A stretch of DNA of 15,277 bases from NCBI GenBank assembly GCA_035285125.1, contig JAYKHR010000018.1, forward strand, positions 1 through 15,277, given 5' to 3'. This DNA is from Candidatus Sericytochromatia bacterium. Its GTDB lineage: Bacteria > Cyanobacteriota > Sericytochromatia > S15B-MN24 > JAQBPE01. Both the position numbers and the translations under genes were made by a program. Each line of letters begins with the position of its first letter. The stretch's first letter is position 1. Below the pieces are notes generated by a model, which saw only the letters and a program-made list of their open reading frames with translations, did no database searches and was not told where the DNA came from. Shown here in pieces: positions 1 through 6,038 of the stretch.

Positions 1-2
1 TC

Positions 3-821
3 GAGGCGTCGGGCGGGAGGCTCGAGGTGGCGATCTGTCGCGACGTGTCGGAGCGGCAGCGGACGGCGGAGGCCCTGGCGCGCCGCACCGGCGAGCTCGC
101 ACAGGCCCGCGCGCTGGAGCGCCTCCGAGACCACGTCTACAGCTCGCTGTCCCACGAGCTCAGGACCCCCCTGACCGTCATCCGGGCGAACACCGAGATG
201 CTACAGGAAGAGTGGCCCGACGACGCGCGCCTGCGCAGCCTCCAAGAGGCCGTGCAGAGTCTGTGTGAGCGCATCGAGGCCCTGCTGGACCACGCAGCGC
301 TGCTCGCCGGGGACATGCCGCTCTACGTGGGGCTGCTGGAGGTGCCGGAGGTCTTCGCGTGCCTCACGGCGCGCCACCGGGCGCACGCCGCCGCGAGCGG
401 GCTCACGCTGCACGTCGCCTGCGAGGCAGGGCTGCCGCCCGTGCTGGCGGACGCCCACCGGCTGACGCAGGCGCTCACGGCCCTGCTCGACAACGCCGTC
501 AAGTTCACGCCCGCCGGGGGCCACCTCGGGCTGCGCGGCCGCCAGGAGCCGGGCGCCATCGTGCTGGAGGTCTGGAACACGGGCCCCGGCATCCCGCCCG
601 AGGTGCTCCCCCGCCTGGGAGAGACCTTCTACCAGGCCGAAACGGGCGACACGCGCAGCAGGAGCGGGCTCGGGCTGGGGCTCGCGATCGCGCGCATGCT
701 CGTGGCGCTGCACGGAGGCACGCTGAAGGTGGCCTCCCCAGCCGGAGGCGGGGCAACCTTCGGCATCTGGCTGCCCCTGGAGGCCCCCACAGCCTGCGCG
801 GCCGGGGGCCCCGCCCGATAA
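3..821 (+). CDS. Sensor histidine kinase (end of PAS/PAC, HisKA, HATPase_c), 5'-truncated by the window edge
   Basis: PAC-end motif AICRDVSERQR, H-box SHELRTPL, N-box LLDNAVKFT, G1 VWNTGPGIP, F-box ETFYQ, G2 GLGLGLAI. The frame has no stop codon back to position 3, so the GTG at 27 is probably internal. Confidence 0.93.
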   Translation, partial: EASGGRLEVAICRDVSERQRTAEALARRTGELAQARALERLRDHVYSSLSHELRTPLTVIRANTEMLQEEWPDDARLRSLQEAVQSLCERIEALLDHAALLAGDMPLYVGLLEVPEVFACLTARHRAHAAASGLTLHVACEAGLPPVLADAHRLTQALTALLDNAVKFTPAGGHLGLRGRQEPGAIVLEVWNTGPGIPPEVLPRLGETFYQAETGDTRSRSGLGLGLAIARMLVALHGGTLKVASPAGGGATFGIWLPLEAPTACAAGGPAR

Positions 822-829
822 GGGCCGAC

Positions 830-2878
830 TCAGGCCTGCGGCTGGCCCTGCGCGGGGGCCGCGGGCCGGCGCGGCAGGGCGCCCCGCGACGCCATCGCGA
901 GCGTGCCCCACGCCGTCAGCCAGGCCCGCTCATCCCGGGCCAGCGTGCCGTCCGCGTGACGGCGCTGGGCCCAGGCGATGTCCTCGGCGCGGGCACGCTG
1001 AAGGGCCTCGGCCGTCATCGGGGGCACGGCGGGGTGCCACAGGTGCGCGAGGCGGTTGCCCTCCACGCTGGCCGTCACGAGCTGCCCCAGCCGGCTCCAA
1101 GACAGGACGGACGCCCCGGCGTAGCCCGGCAGCTGGCCGAGCGGCATGCCGTCGGGCATCGCGAAGATGCGCACGCAGTGATCGAAGCCCCCGACGGCCA
1201 GCACCTCGCCATCCGGCCGAAAGGCGAGGGAGCGCACGAGCCGGGTCTCGGAGGGGATCTCGGCGGCCAGCTCGCAGCCTGGCAGGGTGTAGACGCGGAC
1301 GATGCCGCCTTGGTCGGACACGGCGAGCAGCCGCTCATCAGGGCTCAGCGCGAGCGCCGCCCGCCCCCCCTCCGCGCCGTCGAAGGCGCTCAGCAGCTGG
1401 CCCTCTGGCAGGGTCCAGACCCTCGTGGTGCCGTCCTTGCTCCAGGCCACCAGGGTCCGGCCGCGGGCCCCGAACTCCAGCCGCTCGACGGGCCAGCCGT
1501 GGTTGGGGAGGCTGCTGACCACGCGGCCGTGCTCGACGTCCCACAGGTCGACCCGGGCCCCCGCCGAGGCCGCGAGCAGCCGCCCGTCCCCCCGCAGGGC
1601 GATGGCGGCCACGTCCTTGGTGGCCAGGGTGGCTGCCAGCTGGCCGTCGGGCAGGCGGTACACGCGCGTCTGGTGCTTGAGCGTGGCGACGGCAAGGAAG
1701 CGCCCGATCGCCCCGAAGGCCAGCGCCCGGGTCCACCCCGGCAGCCCCTCCAGCGCCACCACGGGCTGCGCGTCGGGCAAGGAGACCACCCGCACCCCCC
1801 CGTGGTCGCCACCGATGGCCATGTAGTGCCAGTCCGGGCTGACGGCCAGCATCGTGACCTGCCCCGGCTGGCCCTCGAAGATGGGGCGCTGGCAGACCCG
1901 CTCGGCGAGGGCCGCCGGGTCGCCCTCGCAGCGCTCGACCAGCCCGGCAAGCTTCTGGAAGAGTGGCGCCTCGGCCGGCGTGCGTGGCGCGAACCCCGCA
2001 TCGACGAGGTGCCGGATGTAGGCCATCGCCGTCGGCACGGACGCCCGCAGCGAGAGCCGCCAGATCGGCTCCTGCGCGCGGTGGCTGCCCAGCACGACGA
2101 GCAGCGCGTCCCACTCGGCGGGGAGCACGTCGAGGGCCGGCAGCTGGCCGACGGCCCGGGCCCACTGGAGCGAGACGGCGTCGCGCGCGATCTCGGCGGC
2201 CTGCGTGCGCCGGGGCAGGGCGGCCTGGCGCAGGGCGGCCGCGAGGTGCACCCCTTGCGGGTCCGCCTCGTCAAGCGCCTCGAAGCGCTCCGTCAACAGC
2301 AGCAGCAGGGCCTGGCGCGCCGGGTCCGCCGTGCCGTAGCCGACCTCGAGGATGGCCTTGTAGGCCCGCAGGTTGTCCTCCTCGAGGGCCATGTCGACGA
2401 GGGCCTCCACCGTGGCCGCCTGCCCCAGGTTGCTGACGACCCACCAGGCGCCCTCCGAGATGCGGGCATCGCGGTCCGAGCAGACCTCGAGGAGCACCGG
2501 CAACTCGTCAGGCCCGAGCGCAGCCAGCTCCTCGGCCCGGCCAGCCGCCAGCAAGCCGAGCAGCCGAACGTCGAGGGGCTGCTCGGCAATCCAGCCGTGG
2601 CGCTCGATGAGCTCTGCCAGCCCGGGGTGCCGCGTGCCCGCCCAGTAGGCGCAGACGACGTCGACGGCAGCTGGCTCCGTGAGCCTCTCGAGCCTGGCGA
2701 GGGCCTGCTCGTGGACGCGGCGGTCCTGCCCCTCGAGCAGGGCGCGCACGAAGGGCTCGGCGACGGCCATGTCGTCCTCCACCGCGGCGAGCGCAGCGGC
2801 GGCCTTGCGGCGGCGCCACCCCCCCAGCAACGGGGTGCGGTCGAAGAGGCGCTCGGGCAGGTTCTCGGTTGCACTCAA
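830..2878 (-). CDS. N-terminal HEAT-like helical repeats plus C-terminal WD40 beta-propeller protein
   Basis: About 7 WD40-like units in the C-terminal half (e.g. VTMLAVSPDWHYMAIGGDHGGVRVVS, VERLEFGARGRTLVAWSKDGTTRVWT, VRSLAFRPDGEVLAVGGFDHCVRIFA). N-half is helical with HEAT-like segments (LLEVCSDRDARISEGAWWVVSNL). Start TTG at 2878 chosen because GGAGGGAG lies 6 nt upstream, whereas the ORF-track start at 2929 sits inside a terminator hairpin. Confidence 0.85.
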   Translation of the reverse strand: MSATENLPERLFDRTPLLGGWRRRKAAAALAAVEDDMAVAEPFVRALLEGQDRRVHEQALARLERLTEPAAVDVVCAYWAGTRHPGLAELIERHGWIAEQPLDVRLLGLLAAGRAEELAALGPDELPVLLEVCSDRDARISEGAWWVVSNLGQAATVEALVDMALEEDNLRAYKAILEVGYGTADPARQALLLLLTERFEALDEADPQGVHLAAALRQAALPRRTQAAEIARDAVSLQWARAVGQLPALDVLPAEWDALLVVLGSHRAQEPIWRLSLRASVPTAMAYIRHLVDAGFAPRTPAEAPLFQKLAGLVERCEGDPAALAERVCQRPIFEGQPGQVTMLAVSPDWHYMAIGGDHGGVRVVSLPDAQPVVALEGLPGWTRALAFGAIGRFLAVATLKHQTRVYRLPDGQLAATLATKDVAAIALRGDGRLLAASAGARVDLWDVEHGRVVSSLPNHGWPVERLEFGARGRTLVAWSKDGTTRVWTLPEGQLLSAFDGAEGGRAALALSPDERLLAVSDQGGIVRVYTLPGCELAAEIPSETRLVRSLAFRPDGEVLAVGGFDHCVRIFAMPDGMPLGQLPGYAGASVLSWSRLGQLVTASVEGNRLAHLWHPAVPPMTAEALQRARAEDIAWAQRRHADGTLARDERAWLTAWGTLAMASRGALPRRPAAPAQGQPQA

Positions 2879-2905
2879 GGGAGGCTCCCTCCGTGCGGCC
2901 CCACC

Positions 2906-2936
2906 AAAAACCCCGGGGCGACGAGTCACCCCGGGG
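2906..2936 (-). terminator. Rho-independent terminator of the small HTH gene
   Basis: Minus strand reads CCCCGGGGTGA-CTCG-TCGCCCCGGGG-TTTTT: an 11-bp stem (one G-U) followed by a U5 tract, about 20 nt after the stop at 2957. Confidence 0.85.
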
Positions 2937-2956
2937 CGCGTGGGCCAGCTGGTGGG

Positions 2957-3268
2957 CTATTCGGCAGCCACCGCGAGTTTGGCCTCGGCCTTGGCGGCAT
3001 CGGCGGCCTTCTTGCGGGCGGCGTAGGCCTTCACGCTCTCGTGGGAGATGAAGACGATGTCCTTGGATTCCTCAGACGAGCCCGTCCGCAGGCGGAAGCC
3101 GGTGATGTCCCCGCGAGACTCGAGGATCACGAGCTGCGAGCGGGTGGTCATCAGCATCTTCGCCGCGCCCTCGGGAGAGAGGAACCCACCGGCGGCCTCG
3201 CGGAACGGGTTGAGCTCGTCGATCCGCTCGACGTACGGGAACTTCTTGGCTTCCTTCTTCTTGGTCAT
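2957..3268 (-). CDS. Small (103 aa) DNA-binding protein, excisionase/HTH_17 (MerR-like winged HTH) type, with Lys-rich N-terminus and Ala/Lys-rich C-terminus
   Basis: MTKKKEAKKF...FLSPEGAAKMLMTTRSQLVILESRGDITGFRL...VFISHESVKAY fits the HTH_17 pattern (LT..EAA..L.VS...V..L...G.L.A.R). ATG at 3268 is preceded by GAGGGG, and a terminator follows. The ORF-track extension to 3445 looks non-coding. Confidence 0.7.
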   Translation of the reverse strand: MTKKKEAKKFPYVERIDELNPFREAAGGFLSPEGAAKMLMTTRSQLVILESRGDITGFRLRTGSSEESKDIVFISHESVKAYAARKKAADAAKAEAKLAVAAE

Positions 3269-3457
3269 GAGCGCGTAGGACCCCTCGGTGACATTCTGAA
3301 CGGGCAGCGCCAGCCTCAACCCCGGTTTCGGGATCCGCCCCGTTCGGGCACAGGGCGCGGCGTGGTGTTTCCACGATACCACGTCGCGGCCGCAGTTGAC
3401 CAACGCAGGGCCCGGGGCCCGGTCGCGGCGGTCCTTTCGCCCCACCGAGGCCTGGCC

Positions 3458-4495
3458 TCAGAAGCCGGCTGCCAGGAGGGCCTGGTCGGCCTCCACCACG
3501 AAGCGGGCGAAGCGGGACTGGCGGTCGGCACCAAGCAGCGCCTTGGCGAGCTCGAGGTCCGCGCGGGCCGCGCCGAGGTCCTGCGTGCGGGCCACGTTCG
3601 CATAGAACTGGGTGAGGAGCTTGCCCACCTGGTCGTCGACGCTCCCGCCCGTGCCGAGGAAGGCCAGGCCGGACGAGGGGTTGGCCGTCACGTAGGCCTG
3701 GTACTCCGCCCGGAAGTCGTTGCCGGACTGGGCCAGCCTGAGCAGGGCCTGCTCCCGGGCGCCGGGAGGCGGCGTGGGCTGGAGGGCAGGGGAGGCCTGC
3801 CCGTCGGGCACCGGCGCCGCGGCGGGCGTCGGCGTCGCGGCCGGCGTCGGTGCGGGGGGGGCCGGCGCCTGGACGACCAAGACGGCGCGCGGCTGGGGCG
3901 CCGCCGCCGGCACCCGCCCCGTCAGCCAGGCCTCGAGCAGCCCGATCGTCGGGGCATGGCGCGACCAGCGGGCCAGCCACAGCGCCGTGACTCCGGTGCG
4001 GGTGCTCACCCAGGGGTTGGCCCCGGCGCGCAGGAGCGCCTCGACGACACCCGCATGGCCCTCCTGCGCCGCCCACATGAGGGGCGTGAAGCCGTGGTGG
4101 TCCTGCGGGTTGAGGTTGACGTGCCGGGTGATCAGGTACTGTGCGATGCCGGTGCGTCCGCGCTGCGCAGCCCAGGCCAGCGGGGACATCCCGGCCCGAT
4201 CGCGCGACTCGACGCGGGCCCCTTGCTCGACGAGCAGCTTGACGGCCGCGAGGTCGCCCCGCGCGACGGCCTGGTACAGCCGCACCTCGAGGCTGGTGGT
4301 TGGCCGCGCGAGCGGCGCCGGGCGCCAGAGCTCGGCGTCGGACGGCTCAGGCGCGAGCTGCCAGGGGGCCACCGGCATCGGCTCGACGGGGGGCGTGGGC
4401 AGGGGCCGCGGCGCCGGCACCCAGAACCCCTGGGCGGCGGCCGGGGTGGCGAGCACGAGCGTGAGCAGCAGGCCGGGGGCAACGAAGCGGAACAT
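3458..4495 (-). CDS. Secreted ankyrin-repeat protein (signal peptide, Pro-rich segment, about 4 ANK repeats, PAT linker, unknown helical C-terminal domain)
   Basis: Signal peptide MFRFVAPGLLLTLVLATPAAA|QG. ANK repeats LYQAVARGDLAAVKLLVEQGA, GMSPLAWAAQRGRTGIAQYLITRHV, GFTPLMWAAQEGHAGVVEALLRAGA, GVTALWLARWSRHAPTIGLL. ATG at 4495 follows purine-rich GGAAAAGGG. Confidence 0.88.
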   Translation of the reverse strand: MFRFVAPGLLLTLVLATPAAAQGFWVPAPRPLPTPPVEPMPVAPWQLAPEPSDAELWRPAPLARPTTSLEVRLYQAVARGDLAAVKLLVEQGARVESRDRAGMSPLAWAAQRGRTGIAQYLITRHVNLNPQDHHGFTPLMWAAQEGHAGVVEALLRAGANPWVSTRTGVTALWLARWSRHAPTIGLLEAWLTGRVPAAAPQPRAVLVVQAPAPPAPTPAATPTPAAAPVPDGQASPALQPTPPPGAREQALLRLAQSGNDFRAEYQAYVTANPSSGLAFLGTGGSVDDQVGKLLTQFYANVARTQDLGAARADLELAKALLGADRQSRFARFVVEADQALLAAGF

Positions 4496-4535
4496 AAAAA
4501 CGGCCCTTTTCCAGGCAGCGACAGGCTCCGCCCGG

Positions 4536-4675
4536 ATCTTACCCCCGCCGGTCAGGCGGCTCACGGGGCCCCCCCAAAAAAACTGCGGCGCCTGCGTAAG
4601 TTTTGCCAGACGGATCCCGATATACGGTGGTAAGATTAAGCCTGGCATAACCATTTCTGAACATCGACTTAAGCC
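4536..4675. promoter_or_regulatory. Divergent promoter region between the ankyrin and carboxypeptidase genes
   Basis: -10-like TAAGAT on both strands: minus at 4536-4541, and plus at 4631-4636 as extended TGgTAAGAT. AT content is locally raised and there are 11-bp-phased repeats at 4635-4675. Confidence 0.5.
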
Positions 4676-4706
4676 AAGGCCCCGACTCACAGAGAGGAAT
4701 CCTGCA

Positions 4707-5957
4707 ATGGCGCGCCCTTCCCTCACCTCCCTGCGCGCCACGGCGCTGGGCCTGGCCCTGGTGCTGGCCGGCTGCGGCACGAGCGGCCCCGGTTCTGCCG
4801 GCGCCCGGGGCGTGGGCCCGGCGAGCGCCCAGGCCCGCACGCAGGACCGCTCCGTCGTCACGCTGCGGTTCAAGGACCGGACCCAGCTCGAGGCCCTCGC
4901 GGCGCAGGGCGTCGACCTGTTCGAGAACGTCGACCACGCCCGCGGCACCGTCGACGCCTCGCTGACGGCCGAGACGCGCGCGATCGTGAAGCGGCTGGGC
5001 GTGGCGTTCAGCCTCAAGCAAGGCGCGTTCAGCACGAAGGCGTTCCCGGCCGGCTACGGCAGCGTCGGCGCCGTGCACGCCGAGCTCCGGCAGCTGGCGC
5101 AGGCCTACCCGACGCTCGTGGAGGCCGTCGAGATCGGCAAGTCGGTCGAGGGGCGCCCCATCCTGGCCGCCAAGATCACGGCGAAGCCGGCCGAGAACCT
5201 CCCGGCCGTGAGAATCACGGGCGGCACCCACGCCCGTGAGCTGGTCCCCGTCGAGCTGATGCGGAACCTGACGAAGGCCCTGGTCGAGGGCTACGGCAAG
5301 GACGCCACCGTCACGCGCCTCCTCGACTCGCGCCAGGTGTGGATCGTGCCCGTGGTCAACCCGGACGGCCGCACCCGCGTCGAGGGCGGCTCGGCGATGT
5401 GGCGGAAGAACGCCCGGCCCCTCGGCATGGGCGCCACCGGCGTGGACATCAACCGCAACGCGGACGACCACTGGAGCCAGGGCGACGCCTCCCCCCGCTC
5501 GGACGCGTTCCGCGGCGAGGCCCCCTTCTCGGAGCCCGAGACGCAGGCCATCCGCGACCTGGCCCTCAAGGTGCGCTTCAAGGCCTCGTTCGACGTCCAC
5601 TGCTACGGCGGGATGGTGCTGTGGCCCCCCGGGTTCTCCACGGAGTTCTCGGCCGACGAGGCCCGGTTCAAGGCCATCGGCGAGAAGATCGCGCGCCCGC
5701 TGGGCTACAGGGCCGGGACCATCGCGCGCACCATCTATAAGACCTACGGCGACATGGCGACGTGGGAGTACGCCAAGCTCGGCACGCTGGCCTTCGCCGC
5801 GGAGCTGAACGACGGCGAGTTCGCCCCGCGCTTCGGGCAGGTCGACAAGGACTGGCAGGCCTGGAAGGAGCACTTCCTGTTCTTCATCGACGCCGCCGCC
5901 AACGACAAAGCCGTGCACCCCACGGAAGGCCGTCTGGTCGGGTTCGTCGGGTTCTAG
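4707..5957 (+). CDS. M14 family zinc carboxypeptidase lipoprotein (carboxypeptidase T-like, with prodomain)
   Basis: Lipobox LAG|C. Zn-binding HARE and FDVHCYG, RKN, DINRN, FSEPET, IY..YGDM..W and catalytic Glu in AAELN. ATG at 4707 follows an AGAGAGGA RBS. Confidence 0.93.
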   Translation: MARPSLTSLRATALGLALVLAGCGTSGPGSAGARGVGPASAQARTQDRSVVTLRFKDRTQLEALAAQGVDLFENVDHARGTVDASLTAETRAIVKRLGVAFSLKQGAFSTKAFPAGYGSVGAVHAELRQLAQAYPTLVEAVEIGKSVEGRPILAAKITAKPAENLPAVRITGGTHARELVPVELMRNLTKALVEGYGKDATVTRLLDSRQVWIVPVVNPDGRTRVEGGSAMWRKNARPLGMGATGVDINRNADDHWSQGDASPRSDAFRGEAPFSEPETQAIRDLALKVRFKASFDVHCYGGMVLWPPGFSTEFSADEARFKAIGEKIARPLGYRAGTIARTIYKTYGDMATWEYAKLGTLAFAAELNDGEFAPRFGQVDKDWQAWKEHFLFFIDAAANDKAVHPTEGRLVGFVGF

Positions 5958-5978
5958 GCCCTCGGCGCCCCAGCCACT

Positions 5979-6011
5979 CCGAACGCCCCCCGCTATGCGG
6001 GGGGCGTTCGG
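5979..6011 (+). terminator. Perfect 15-bp GC-rich hairpin after the carboxypeptidase gene (terminator-like, weak U-tract)
   Basis: CCGAACGCCCCCCGC-TAT-GCGGGGGGCGTTCGG, 21 nt after the TAG. Confidence 0.6.
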
Positions 6012-6038
6012 CTTCGGGCCCCCGGGTACAATGCCCCC

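Noticed and set aside
3347..3390. GCACAGGGC resembling the start of a c-di-GMP-I riboswitch
   Set aside because: It is on the wrong strand for the adjacent gene, and the conserved GCAAACC/GNRA/receptor elements are absent.
359..4633. 1424-aa plus-strand ORF
   Set aside because: Antisense shadow of the WD40, HTH and ankyrin genes. It is Arg/Gly/Pro-rich, has no domain motifs, and such long open frames are expected at this GC content.
4642..4658. Possible sigma54 promoter CTGGCAT-N5-TTTCT
   Set aside because: It lacks the nearly invariant GC at -12, and no enhancer-binding protein is in view.
3720..4706. N-terminal extension of the 745-aa M14 ORF (and likewise the 4496-5035 extension of the ankyrin ORF)
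   Set aside because: Each overlaps the opposite-strand gene. Signal peptides and RBSs define the starts at 4707 and 4495.
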